DNA of 52,196 nt from Octopus bimaculoides (GCF_001194135.2 NC_068983.1:82323172-82375367); one strand, 5' to 3'. Shown: positions 35,891 through 49,891, numbered from the stretch's first letter. Numbers and translations: made by a program. The notes: generated by a model from the sequence alone, not told the origin.

Positions 35891-36456
35891 CTAAAAGAAA
35901 ATAACGAAGTATGTATGTAGAATAAATAAACGCAGATCATAGTGTTTCAGTGACGTGTGTGTTTGTGTGCCTGCGTGTATGTGTATAGGCATGTGTATGT
36001 ACAGATATTATGTTATATGCATGCGTACATGCATATCTACATGTATACACAGAGGTTGTTGGGCCTCAAATATTGGATGATGATAGACTTTGATGAGTGC
36101 AGAAATGTGTTGAAACTGATCCATGCAGTCTTTGTTATCATGGAGAAGAAAACATTAAAAACGATAAGGATGTACATATACATGAATATACATATATATG
36201 TGTGTATGCACATGTGTGTGTCTGTATATGTTTACACACACACACATATATAAATTCCCAAATGACACTTATTTTAGTGCTGTTGGCACCACCAGGTTGA
36301 AAGGTACTGCCCAGGTGTCAAAACCACAATGTTATCCATGGGACCAGCTGATGATGGAGGTATGTTCGATTGTTGGTATGGCTGTTTTTGTATATGTGGA
36401 ATAGTATTATAACACTTCCTTTTGATACATATATCTTTTATATATGTCCATATATA

Positions 36457-36905
36457 TTCATTAGGGTCTGCTGAAAGTTCATAGGACAACCAAGATACTC
36501 TTATGGAATGTGACCAAAAGAGGTTTATCTTCCCACATAGTCCCTCTTGCATTTCATTTCCACAAACTTTTCCAATCGATGTTGCTGTGCTTGGATCTCA
36601 TTGGCAAAAAAGCTTTTGTCTTGTTGGTAAAAAAAAAAATTCATCAACAGTAGATATGACATCATCATCACTGTGATACTGGCTCCCAGCCAAGTGTTTT
36701 TTTCAAGTTGGAGGATAGATGATGTAGTGAGATGGAGCCAAATCAAGAGAATGGGGATGCTGATCAACCAGTTCAAAATCAGGTATATCAACCATTGAAA
36801 CTAAGGACTTGTGTACTTGAACACTGTCCTGATGAAATAAGACCCCTTTCATCAGTTTTCTTCATGTCTCTTGATAACCTTTCATAACTGCCTCAACACA
36901 TTCAA
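36457..36905 (-). mobile_element. mariner transposase C-terminal relic
   Basis: Minus frames GVLFHQDSVQVHKS...HPHSLDLAPSHY...KKHLAGSQYHSDDDVISTVDEFF...QQDKSFFANEIQAQQHR. TIR-like TAGGGTCTGCTGAAAGTTC near 36462-36480. Confidence 0.75.
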
Positions 36906-36909
36906 GAAA

Positions 36910-36948
<39 letters not shown>

Positions 36949-38808
36949 GACAGACAGAGAAACAAAGAGAAAGAGGGGAAAGAGAGAGACAACTTTGTGT
37001 ATGATACAGAATGAGAGGGTAACTGGAAGTATAAATGGACGTTTAAAGAAAGAAAGAAAAAGTGAGCAATATGTAGAGAGATTGAGGTGTTGTGAAGAAA
37101 TATTAATGAGAGTGAATGAGAATATTGAGAGAAACTGAGTGAGAGTTAAAAGAAGTTTAGAGCCAACTTTTCAAAAGAAAAACCCAGAAAACTCACCAAA
37201 TACCAGTTGATTTGGCAGTCAAACAGGCAAAGGTCTTTTCAGTCAAAAAGAAACTACTCAGCATTAAACTGCAGATAGAAGATAGAAGTTTATCATGAGA
37301 AGAAGTTGATGCTCAATGCACATGGAAAACAAAAAGAGAACATTGCAGAGTAATAGCAAGAAACATGAAAAAGCCGAAGCATCCCTTCAGGTGAAAAGTA
37401 TAAAAATAACTGAAAGAAGACAAATTGAAACATAAGAAAATGGAAGGAAAACATTGTGGAATACTGTAAGGTTGCAGAAATAAACCTCATCATTTTTGAT
37501 AGGTGAATGATGAAATTGTAAGGAATCTCTAATTTACATGCTTGATATTCATATCTGTATGTTTTTCTCTCATTATTCCTCATTGTCCCTTGCCTTTTCA
37601 CTTACCATTAATGCACCTAATCCATTTTTCACCTTAAAGGATTTATCTTTCACCTGTGATGTATACTGTATCTTATTCATTCCCTCTCTTTTTCTCTCCC
37701 TCTCACAGTCTTTCACTTACTTTTCCATTTCCTTCTCATCCACTTACCAGCATCCTGTGCCTGCTCCTCTTATATTAACTCCTCTTATGTTACTCTGTTG
37801 CTTTTTCTCCTTGCAAACTTCAAACTAATTACACATTCCAGTCTTTCTCAAGTCGTAGTTTCACAAAATTGTTAAATTTCTACATTGTTCTCCACTAGCA
37901 TCCTCTTAGCTGAAAGACATTATCCTTTTTATATTCATTCATAAGTCTTAAAGCCCTCTGAAAAAAATGCACTTTAAACTGAGGTTTCCCAACTTTTTAC
38001 ATTCTTTTTACTCTCTGGCAACTTTTAACTGTCACTTTGTTTCATTTAGTAACTTGAGTTTACACTTTTACAATAACAAAACAACTGACAAAGAGGAAAT
38101 TTAAAGTACTATCTTAAAACATTAATAAGTTCAAATAACAATAACAATAAAAATGGCATTATTTTACTTATTTCTGCACTAACAATGAACAGATACCAGA
38201 ATTATATACAATCTTCTGAACTAGAAGACTCCATTAGCAAACAACACAGTAATTAAGATGTAGATAACACAGAATGTTAAATCCAATGTGGTAGAAAGAA
38301 AAATATTAGTATTTTTTCACAAAATAAGCCTACATCAAATTTTTCTTTTAAACTTTAAAATTATAATTAAAAATAAATAACGTACAAATCCAGAATGCAC
38401 ACATTTACATCCAGGAGATAAACTTACCCAGTTTAGGAACAGCAATTCAATATAGTTGCATACCTTAACAGCAATTTAATATAAGTTACATACCATTAAA
38501 TTTGTAAAATTAAAAATCCATTACTTTTGTCAGAATGGTTGCAGCACCGAACAATCTTAAGACACTTGTAATTCACCCTTTGTACCAAAAAGCTTCTTGT
38601 AGTGTACAGAGTCTCTCTCTCATTGGTTCCATGTGGCAAACACTGAGTGGAACCATTGTGAGTTATTGTTATTGTTGTGGTTGTGGCTTGTCTCCTTCAC
38701 TTCACTTCTTTTGGAGGAGGACATCTAGAATTAATCTATTATTGCCAAGAGAATTTGTTTCCCCATAGGACCACTGAAGCTGAACAGGTAAAAGCGAAGA
38801 TACATAAG

Positions 38809-38813
38809 GGCAT

Positions 38814-38869
<56 letters not shown>

Positions 38870-39285
38870 CTTCCCATGCTTGCTTAGGCTGGATGGATTG
38901 TCACAATCTGAATCACATCTTAACCAAAGTTACAGCCATCTCAGACCATATTTCATACATTCAATTTTTGGATGGGTTCCTATAATTCGATACACCAAGG
39001 GTGTATAGTAAAATGGTTGTTATCTCATCAACAAGACAAAAGGATATTTTCAACTCTCTGCTGTCTCTGTTTAATTATCAACCACTTTTTACAGGTGGGT
39101 GTCATGTTTAAAGCATCCAACACACATTGTAAAGTGGTTAGAATTAGGAAGGACACCCAGTCGTAGAAAACAAGCCAAATCATACTGGAACCTAGTGCAG
39201 CCCTCCAGTTTGCCAGCCCTGGTCAAACCGTCTGACCCATGCAAGCATAGAAAACAGATGTTAAAGGACAATGATGGATATGATT
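38809..39285. mobile_element. Two decayed SINE family B 3' parts in opposite orientation
   Basis: (CAT)n + CCCATGCTTGCTTAGGCTGGA (-) at 38809-38900; CCAGTCGTAGAAAAC...CCCATGCAAGCATAGAAAACAGATGTTAAAG (+) at 39100-39285. Confidence 0.6.
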
Positions 39286-39371
39286 TTTAGTGTTTCAGTA
39301 ATTTTAAATTTATATCAATGGATACAATTCTTAGATACAGCCACACCACCAGTTTCTTTCAGTTCTGTTAC

Positions 39372-39742
39372 TTTTCTTTCTACATCCAGGAGAACATTGA
39401 AATGTTATCCAGTATTGTCCATCACCTGTTAATATGATATTGTAAAATTCGAGGGAGATTTGGTTGCTGCTTCTAAGAAACAGAGCAATTGTAGGAGTAA
39501 AGTATCATTTATTCCTGGAAATTTAAACTTAACCTCTGCAGTGCAATATTTCTGTAAATATTTCAGATAACACTGTTGAAGGCATTGAAGTATTTTACCT
39601 AAATGCTTTTTTAAAAGATATTACCACTAAACGTTTCATTCTAGTTATCAAACAGGTGCATATGTATATGTATGTATATATATACACATATATATGCAAT
39701 ATATGCCATATATGTTATATGTATTTATATAGGTGTATATAT
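39372..39742 (+). repeat. Direct repeat copy 1 (partner at 42118-42472)
   Basis: About 93% identical over about 300 nt by eye, plus an identical downstream degenerate TA tract. Confidence 0.9.
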
Positions 39743-39768
39743 ATATAGCATATTTAACATAACATTTA

Positions 39769-39834
<66 letters not shown>

Positions 39835-40139
39835 AATACATAAATATATCAATATAGATATGTGTGTGTATGTCTGTGTGTGTGTGCACATATATANNNN
39901 NNNNNNNNNNNNNNNATTATGAAACATGCCTATACTTTGTTTCGTTTTTCCCTGTTGTATTTTTTCACAAACAAGAATTCCTTGCATCCTTTTTTTTTTT
40001 CTATAAAGAAACACTTAACCCTTACAAATGAATAAAGAAATAAATAAATAAAAAAATACTTTCGCTTCTTTATTAAAACAACCAAAGCTAAAATGTCTTA
40101 TTGAAATCTGCTCTCACACCCGACCACCAGAATAGCAAT

Positions 40140-41340
40140 AGTAATGATGATGATGATAATAATAATAATAATAATAATAATGATAATAATATTAAGAACA
40201 AGGAGAAGGAGAAGGAGGAGAACTACAACAACAGTGATTACAATGATGACAAAGATGATGATGATGATGATGGTGATGGTGGTGGTAGTGATTACAATAA
40301 CAATAGGTAAAAACGGGGAAACGAATGCTCAAAGAATAAGAATCAATATATAAAAAGCTTCACAAAGTTAAGATTCGTTTATTTATTTATTTATTTATTT
40401 AATATCTTCCTCGATTGATTTCTTTTCCCTTTCTATTCACTTCTTTAAATACATATTATTTAGCATCATCATCATCGTCATCGTCGTCATCATTGCCATC
40501 TTCATCATCATCATCATCACTGCCGTCGTCTTCATCATCATCATCATCACTATCAGCATCACCATTACCGTTATCATCACCATCATCATCATCATTATCA
40601 TTATCATTATCATCATCATGATTGTCATTGTCGTCATTCATTGTCACTGTTCTCCACCTTTTCTCGTCATCATCATCATCATCATTATCATCATCATCAT
40701 CGTTACTGTTATCATCATCATCAGCAGCAGCATCACTATCATCAGCTCCTAATTATCATTGTCATTGCTGTCATCAACCATCAGCATTACCATCTTCAAT
40801 CGTGATTGCAGCCATGATCAAAATACTTGTCCTCATATCACCATCATCATCATCATCATTGTTTTTTTTTCCACCACCATTATCATCACTATCATCCTTT
40901 TGTCATTGTTATTGTCGACACCGTCATCATTATCATCATTATCACCACCACCACCAGCACCATCATTGCCATCATAATCATGATCACCATCATCATCATC
41001 ACCATGCCATCGATGATGACACCAATGCCAGATGATGGCAATTATGATCACAATGATGGCTACCACCACCGCCACCACCACCACTATCATTACCATCATC
41101 GTCACCATGATCATGATCATGATCATCATCACCATCATCACCATCGTCATCATTGTCATCAACATAACCACCGCCACCACCACCATAACCACTAACACGA
41201 CCACCACTATAACCGCCACTGCTAATACCGCCACCACCAACACTGCTACCACCGTCACCACTACCACCCCTAACACTACCACCACCACCTCCACCACTGG
41301 TAGCAGCAACAACAACGGCAGCTGCAGCAGCATGTAATGC
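40140..41340. repeat. 1.2-kb mosaic trinucleotide repeat block (GAT/AAT/CAT/CAC/CAG)
   Basis: Direct reading; produces poly-S/H/T/D/M ORFs in most frames. Confidence 0.9.
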
Positions 41341-42117
41341 TTTTGTTTTCAACTATTGTTGTTGGAAGATGTATCAAATGTTTCCCTTTGTTCGTCTTAC
41401 TTCCACCCATCCACCCATGCCAATCCAATGCAATTTGTTGCTTCTGTTGTCGAAAAATATTTTTCTATTCATTCTTCCATGACCCTAATAAATAAATAAA
41501 TAAATAAATAAATAGATACTTTTGCTATTTCTCTGTGCACTAGGAAAGAAGGGAGAGGATAGGTGAAGGTGGGAAGAGGCAGCGAAATGATAATTTTGTT
41601 GTTGTTGGCGGCATTTTCTTACATTTATTTTGTTTTCTTACAAAACACAAATTAATCCCACCCCACAGCACCACTCTCTTCTAGCCTCCTATTTTCTTCA
41701 CAAAACACCCCCCCCCCCAATCTACAATACAACCAGTTTTCAATACATTTTCAGTACATTTCATTTCTCATCAGAAAACAATTTCAGGGAAGTTCCCTTC
41801 CCCCTCATACGTTCCTTAGAATATGTATAAAATATGAGATCTGTTCTTCTTACTATTGATGATGCTGTTGTTGTTGTTGTTGTTAGTGGTCGTGGTGGTG
41901 GTGTTAGTGGCAATGGTTGTCTTGTTGTTTGTGGAATTGCGGATCACACATTGTTGATTTTTAAAAAATTTTGTTAGTCTCGTTTACACGCAAGACCCTC
42001 GCAACAACACACACTCACTCGCATACACACACACACACACACACACACTCTTTGTTTTGTCCTATGCTGTCCATTATTTTATTATTAAGATGGCAAGCTG
42101 GCAGAATCATTAGCACA

Positions 42118-42471
42118 TTTTCTTTCTACATCCAGGAGAACATTGAAACATTATCCAGTATTGTCCATCACCTGTTAATATGATATTGTAAAATTCGAGG
42201 GAGATTTGGTTGCTGCTTCTGAGAAGCAGAGCAATTGTAGGAGTAAAGTATTCTTTACTTCTGGAGATTTAAGCTTAACCTCTGCAATGCAATATCTCTG
42301 GAAATATTTCGGATAACACTGTTGAAGACATTGAAGCATTTTACCTAAATGCTTTTAAAAGATATTACCAGTAAACCTTTCATTCTAGTTATCAAACAGG
42401 TGCATATGTATATGTATGTATGTATGCAATATATGCCATATATGTTATATGTATTTATATAGGTGTATATA

Positions 42472-42472
<1 letters not shown>
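42118..42472 (+). repeat. Direct repeat copy 2 (partner at 39372-39742)
   Basis: See copy 1. Preceded by a broken SINE E head at 42088-42117. Confidence 0.9.
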
Positions 42473-42510
<38 letters not shown>

Positions 42511-42515
42511 TATTT

Positions 42516-43336
42516 AAGGCAGCGAGCTGGCAGAATCATTAGCGCGCCGGGCAAAATGCTTAGCAGTATTTCGTCTGACGTTAGGTTCTGAGTTCAAATT
42601 CCATCGAAGTTGACTTTGTCTTTCATCCTTTCAGGCTCGATAAATTAAGTACCAGTTACGCACTGGGGTCGATGTAATTGACTTAATCCCTTTGTCTGTC
42701 CTTGTTTGTCCCCTCTATGTTTAGCCCCTTGTGGGCAATAAAGAAATAAGAATCATTAGCATGCAGGGCGAAATGGTTAGCAGTATTTCATCCATCTTCA
42801 TGTTCTGAGTTCAACTTCTGTTGAGGCCAGCTTTTACTTTCATCCTTTTGGGGTCGATAAATTAAGTTGATGTAGTTGACTAGTCCCCTCCCCCAAATTC
42901 CAGACCTTGTATCTATAGTAGAAAGGATTATTATTATTATTATCAAGACAGTGAGCTGGCAGAATCCTTAGCATGCTGGGTGAAGTGTTTAGTGGTATTT
43001 CATCTGTCACTATGTTCTGAGTTCAAATTCTGCCAAGGTCGACTTTGCCTTGCAATTATCGTTGTTGTTGTTGTTGTTGTTGTTGTTGTTATTATTATTA
43101 TTATTTATTTCTTTACTGCTCACAAGAGGCTACACAGAGGGGACAAACAAGGACAGACAAACGGATTAAGTTGATTATATCGACCCCAGTGCGTAACTGG
43201 TACTTATTTAATCAACCCCGAAAGGATGAAAGGCAAAGTCGACCTCGGCATAATTTGAACTCAGAACGTAGCACCAGACAAAATACCGCTAAGCATTTCG
43301 CCTGGCACACTAACGTTTCTGCCAGCTCACTGCCTT
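42516..43336. mobile_element. Cluster of four SINE family E copies
   Basis: 42516-42752 (+), 42749-42930 (+, alternative tail), 42945-43050 (+, head only), 43103-43336 (-). A-box-like TGGCAGAATC and B-box-like GAGTTCAAATTCC. Confidence 0.9.
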
Positions 43337-44034
43337 AATATTATTATAATTATTATTATTATTATAATTATTATTATTATCATTATCATTATTATTATTA
43401 TTCAGTAGTGTTATTTTTATAATATAATACTTTTGTCAGTAGTGTTGTTCACAGATATCATTGTTTAGCCCTAAGTCAGCTCTCATCAAGCAGATTCATG
43501 ATCAAAGACATTCCAACCATGACCACTCTATTTTTTGTTTGTTTTATTTGCATTTATATCAAGAACCAAGTTCTAAACATGTCTGTTTTTTGCCTTTCCA
43601 ACACTCTAGGATATGATTCAAAGAACATTTAGCTTACAACCCCAATGAAAACTCTTCGTATCTTTCATACATCATATAACTATGAAAAGGCTTCCATAGT
43701 TCATAGTGTTATGATTGTTGTTGTTCTTAATACCAATGGTAGCCCTTTTGTTGTTACATTTCTGTTGAAATACAATCTTTGTTGCAATTATCTTTGAAAA
43801 TAATAAAGAATATATTAAAATAACTTTACCATTATTAAACTGGTGTATAGAACATACATTAGCATGAAATTCTGATGGAACGTTTTAATCAGTCTTTCTC
43901 AGCCCTTAAAAAAATTGCATCTCTCAAGGAACCCCGGCACAAAAAAAAATTATATACCATATCTTTCTCATATCTTTTTCATCGTAGTTCATGTGGTAAA
44001 TGATATATATATATATATATACATACATATACAC

Positions 44035-44072
<38 letters not shown>

Positions 44073-44369
44073 NNNNNNNNNNNNNNNNNNNNNNNNNNNN
44101 NNNNNNNNNNNNNNNNNNNNNNNNNNNNNNNNNNNNNNNNNNNNNNNNNATATATATATATATACAGGGTGTCCATAAATGACAGACATTACTAAATACA
44201 TCCCCAATAGTTGTTATATTTTGTTTGATAACATAATAGGTTAGATAGGATGATGTCTATATTACAATAAGCAATAATATCTTGTGCATGTATAGTAATA
44301 TTACGATCATGAAATTAGCATTAGCTTATCCCACTTTTTCTCGTGGCTAACTTAAATTGTGTACACATA

Positions 44370-45253
44370 TGAGGTAGTATCAAAAAGTTCCTGGTTTAGT
44401 TCTGTAGTGCACCAACAGATGGCAGCTCATGGCTGTATGTACAATGAAAGCTAGCAGTGACCATCATGGGGCAGTGAGCCAAGTGGCATTGCTGTGTTTA
44501 CTTCAAAAGTTGTGAAACTTGTGTTTTTGTGATCACATGTATGCTGTAGTCTGTAATTTTGTCATGGATGGAAACAAAGAAATTTTGTGTTAAACTTGGA
44601 ATGTTTGCTACAGAGATATTCAACTTGTTGACAAGCTTATATCAATAAGGTAATTGGTCATACACAATGTTTCAAATGGTACAGGCACTTCAAAAGAGGA
44701 AGAATGTTCCTGGAAGACAATGAGTGATCTGGAAGACCTGCTATGAGTGTCATCCCAAGAAATGTGGTATTGTACATCAAGAATTAATCCTCCAGAGCCT
44801 GACCATCAATTGGGAGTTCTACAGCAACGTTTTGAAGTATTTGAGGGAGGACATTTGGCGAAAGCTCTGTAGAGTGTGAAGAATTGGATTCTTCAAGACG
44901 ACAATGCACCTCACTCATGAGTTTTTTACCAAAAGCAACATAGTATCACTTCTGCACCCACCCTATTCGACAGACTTAGCACCTGCAGACTTCCATCTCT
45001 TCCCAAGATAAAAATGCAGTTCAGAGGTTGCTGTTTGAATACCATTGTCAAGATCCAGAGGGAATTGTAGCAGACCCTTGACTTGCTTAGAGAAAGCAAC
45101 TTCCAGGCTGGATTCCAAAGGTGGCAGGAACATTGGGACCAGTGTATTGCTGCATAAGGTAACTATTTCAAAGGGGATGATGGTAAAACTTAAGAAAATA
45201 AGATATTATTTTATTAAATGTAACTAGTCTGGGAAGCTTTTGATACCACCTCA
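44370..45253 (+). mobile_element. mariner (DD34D) element with both TIRs, internally deleted
   Basis: TA|TGAGGTAGTATCAAAAAGTTCC ... GGGAAGCTTTTGATACCACCTCA|TA. Peptides FCVKLG, QCFKWYRHFKRG, SGRP, GIVHQE, WILQDDNAPH and HPPYSTDLAPADFHLF. 884 bp with multiple stops. Confidence 0.92.
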
Positions 45254-45342
45254 TATGATCAAATACATGTTATCTCTGACAAAGAACCACATATTTGGGT
45301 TTTTTTCCAATGACTAGAGGGTGTAATTGAGTGAAATTTCTT

Positions 45343-45741
45343 TGGGTGCAGGCAATGTCTGTGTGATTAAAGAGTTTGCTTCACAACCATGTGGTTTCAA
45401 GTTCATTCCTGCTGTGCACCACCTTAGGTAGATGTCTTCTACAATAGCTCCAAGCAAACCAATGTTTTGTGAATGAATTTTGTAGATGGCAACTGTGAAA
45501 GTCAATATGTGTATGTGTGGATGTGTGTGAATCTTTGTATTTGCCTATCCACCACTTGAGAACTGGTGTTGGTTAGTTTGCATCTCTATAATTTAGTGTT
45601 TTGGCAAAAAATAAGTCAATTTTGCAAGTAACAGACTCAAAAGGACTCAAAAGTAAGTCTTAATGTTGATTTGATCAGCTAAATCTTTCAAGGTTGTAAC
45701 CAGAAAAGTCACAGTCCAGTGAATGAAGCAAGTGAAAGAAT
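45343..45741 (+). mobile_element. SINE family A, old decayed copy
   Basis: Collinear with 16436-16878 at low identity. Confidence 0.65.
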
Positions 45742-46883
45742 ATTCCAAGCAAGTCGATCAACCATACAGGCGTATTCCTTGTCTAAGTCTGCAGGCATGT
45801 GTGTATGTGTGTGTATGTATGTGTGTGTATGTATGTATATGTGTGTATGTATGTGTGTATGTATGTGTGTGTGTGTGTATGTATGTGTGTGTGTGTGCGT
45901 GTCTACGCATGTATATCTATATGTGTACATATGTGGTGTGAATAAAATGATAGGTGAAAGGAGAGCAGGTGTAAAAGAATGATTACACAAAATTGTATAA
46001 GGAATTTCAATTCTGAAAAGAAAAAAAAAGAAATGTCTATTTAAATTTACACCCACCCATACACACACACACACACGTGCAAATATATACCCCTTTTATT
46101 TTAAAATGAGAACTTTGTTTCGTTACAATATATTTATTTTGACTTTCCTTTACAACAAACTTTGTTAAAATCCCAGAACCACACCAGCCTCCCCATCTCT
46201 CTCTCTCTCTCTCCCCCCTCTCTCTCCTTGCTCACTCGCCCTGACAGAGAAATATTCAGCTCTCAAAAATTTTGCCCTCTCTTTCCCATTGGTGTTCTCT
46301 CTCATCATAACAAAGCTGTTAGTCTTGGCATTTTCTAACACAACATTGGCGCTTTGCAGCACACATTTCCCTACCTTCTGGGCAATCTTTTCCATGCATT
46401 CACGGAAAACAATTGAAACATGCTATTGCTGTTGAAATTCGTTTTTTCTGATCCTTTCTTTCTTTCTTTCTTTCTTTCTTTCTCTCTCTCTCTTTCTCTC
46501 TCTCTTTCTGTCTATCTTTCTTTCTTTCTTTCGTTCTCTCTTTATTTAAAAAAAAGTTAATGCATTTTAGTTGTTGTTTTCTCCCTTTTGTTAACACATC
46601 ATCATCATCGTTATGCTCGTTACTGCTGTTGTTCTTGTCATCATCATCATCATTATCATTATCATCATCATCATTTTTAACAGTAGTAGCATTTGTTGTA
46701 GTGTTAGTATTGTGGCTGATGTTATATACATACACATATATATACATATACACATACATATATATAAATATATACACACATATATACATATATATACATA
46801 CACATATATACACACACACATGTATATATATCTATATATGATTATACATATGTATGTATATATGTGTGTGTGTGTATACATAC

Positions 46884-46941
<58 letters not shown>

Positions 46942-47049
46942 TCCTTCACATTTATACTTAATAGTATAAAGTAATGCACTGCGTGTCTGACTTACAATGA
47001 CATAGAGAAAAAGTTTTCTGCTTTCTCTCCTGCACCTCTACCGTCTTCT

Positions 47050-47058
47050 TCTTCTTAA

Positions 47059-47089
<31 letters not shown>

Positions 47090-47552
47090 GTTATCACTAA
47101 CAGTATCATCAAAATAGTTATTTTTAGCGATGATGGATATGATGACAACAATGGTAGTGATGACAGTGGTGTTGATGGTGGTGGTGTTCGTGCTGGTGCT
47201 GGTGGTGAAAAACATGCTGATGAGGAGGATGATGCTGATGACGAGGCCAAGGACAGCATTGATAACAGTGATGATGTCAATGATGATGATGATTAACATG
47301 CTCTTCTTTACCATCATCATCATCATCGTCATCATCATCATCATCATTACCATTAACATCATCAGCAGCAGCAACTGACTGTTGTTGCTGTTGTCATTAT
47401 TACTACTATTATTATTGTTGTTGTTGTAGCTACAATTACAATTTTTGTTATTGTTACTACTACTATTATTTTATCATCGTCGTCGTCGTCATCATTATTA
47501 TCATCATCATCATCATTATCATCATCATCATCATTATCTTCATCATTATTAC

Positions 47553-47583
<31 letters not shown>

Positions 47584-47595
47584 TTTATTGTTATT
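47050..47595. repeat. (ATT)/(GAT)/(CAT)/(GTT) compound trinucleotide repeat
   Basis: Direct reading. Confidence 0.9.
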
Positions 47596-49106
47596 AACAA
47601 AGATAATATCATGAGTAAGAACACTTATCTTCTGTTTATTTTTTCTTTTCCTCTCAGTTTCCAACCCTAAACATTTTAATGCAAACCAAGAGTGCATGAC
47701 ATAAAACTATAGTAACAACAATGAAGACAAAAATAATATATCAACAAGAAAAAAAAAAGNNNNNNNNNNNNNNNNNNNNNNNNNNNNNNNNNNNNNNNNN
47801 NNNNNNNNNNNNNNNNNNNNNNNNNNNNNNNNNNNNNNNNNNNNNNNNNNNNNNNNNNNNNNNNNNNNNNNNNNNNNNNNNNNNNNNNNNNNNNNNNNNN
47901 NNNNNNNNNNNNNNNNNNNNNNNNNNNNNNNNNNNNNNNNNNNNNNNNNNNNNNNNNNNNNNNNNNNNNNNNNNNNNNNNNNNNNNNNNNNNNNNNNNNN
48001 NNNNNNNNNNNNNNNNNNNNNNNNNNNNNNNNNNNNNNNNNNNNNNNNNNNNNNNNNNNNNNNNNNNNNNNNNNNNNNNNNNNNNNNNNNNNNNNNNNNN
48101 NNNNNNNNNNNNNNNNNNNNNNNNNNNNNNNNNNNNNNNNNNNNNNNNNNNNNNNNNNNNNNNNNNNNNNNNNNNNNNNNNNNNNNNNNNNNNNNNNNNN
48201 NNNNNNNNNNNNNNNNNNNNNNNNNNNNNNNNNNNNNNNNNNNNNNNNNNNNNNNNNNNNNNNNNNNNNNNNNNNNNNNNNNNNNNNNNNNNNNNNNNNN
48301 NNNNNNNNNNNNNNNNNNNNNNNNNNNNNNNNNNNNNNNNNNNNNNNNNNNNNNNNNNNNNNNNNNNNNNNNNNNNNNNNNNNNNNNNNNNNNNNNNNNN
48401 NNNNNNNNNNNNNNNNNNNNNNNNNNNNNNNNNNNNNNNNNNNNNNNNNNNNNNNNNNNNNNNNNNNNNNNNNNNNNNNNNNNNNNNNNNNNNNNNNNNN
48501 NNNNNNNNNNNNNNNNNNNNNNNNNNNNNNNNNNNNNNNNNNNNNNNNNNNNNNNNNNNNNNNNNNNNNNNNNNNNNNNNNNNNNNNNNNTATATATATA
48601 TATATATGCTAAATGCACACATACACACTTTTATACACACATATGTATGTTGCAAGTATGTGGGTACCTAGGTACGTATGCATGTATGTATCTAGATATG
48701 CATGTAAGTGTGTATATGTAAACGCATATTTTACAAGAATGATTGTGAAACTGTGCTGACGGTATTTTGAGCATTACAATGCGTTCAGTTGTTTGCTATT
48801 ATAATATTGAACAATACTCTGTATTCTATCCCTTGTGCTCAGTTACTTCTATTTCATTTTAAGACGGTTTATTAAGTTGGATGCTTTACTGTCAAACAAC
48901 GTATGTCTTTGTCATGGCTTTTGTGTTGGCAAGTTTGCGACTTCCTTAGAAATCTGTTTTAAAAAATAGCAAATGGTTATTTACCGCTGATATTCCTCTG
49001 CAGCTATCAGCATTTACAGATGATCTGAACCCCGCTTTGTACTATTAACTTGATATGGCTCCCACTCGTGCACATTTATACTTCAATCAATTAATTGCAC
49101 TGCCCC

Positions 49107-49140
49107 TTTATGTATGTATGTATGTATGTATGTTTGTATG

Positions 49141-49173
<33 letters not shown>

Positions 49174-49719
49174 GTGTATATATATATGTATATATATATA
49201 TGTGTATATATATATGTATATATATATATGTGTATNNNNNNNNNNNNNNNNNNNNNNNNNNNNNNNNNNNNNNNNNNNNNNNNNNNNNNNNNNNNNNNNN
49301 NNNNNNNNNNNNNNNNNNNNNNNNNNNNNNNNNNNNNNNNNNNNNNNNNNNNNNNNNNNNNNNNNNNNNNNNNNNNNNNNNNNNNNNNNNNNNNNNNNNN
49401 NNNNNNNNNNNNNNNNNNNNNNNNNNNNNNNNNNNNNNNNNNNNNNNNNNNNNNNNNNNNNNNNNTGTATATATATATGTATATATATATGTATATATAT
49501 ATGTATATATATATGTATATATATATGTATATATATATGTATATATATATGTATATATATATATGTATATATATATGTATATATATATATGTATATATAT
49601 ATGTATATATATATGTATATATATATATGTATATATATATGTGTATATATATATGTATATATATATGTATATATATATATGTATATATATATATGTATAT
49701 ATATATGTATATATATATG

Positions 49720-49751
<32 letters not shown>

Positions 49752-49891
49752 TACTCACACACACATGTGTATATATATATATATATGTATATTATATATA
49801 TATGTAATGCACACACACGTACACACATATACACATTCATATATAACAGTAATTTTTATATGTGAATGTGTGTGAATATATATAGTTATAG

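Noticed and set aside
36083-36131. AGACT-TTGATGA-GTGCAGAAATGTGTT-GAAA...AGTCT
   Set aside because: Stem I pairs, but C3 is mutated, there is no NUH triplet, and stem II is mostly wobble pairs.
36831-36855. CTGATGAAA/TTTCATCAG inverted repeat
   Set aside because: Lies within the mariner coding relic and lacks hammerhead topology.
40140-41340. Repeat/spacer-like periodicity suggestive of CRISPR or a coding low-complexity exon
   Set aside because: Pure trinucleotide mosaic with no constant repeat, unique spacers or flanking splice support.
44163-44200. TA|CAGGGTGTCCATAAA Tc1-like terminus
   Set aside because: No partner end or transposase is visible next to the gap; too short to call.
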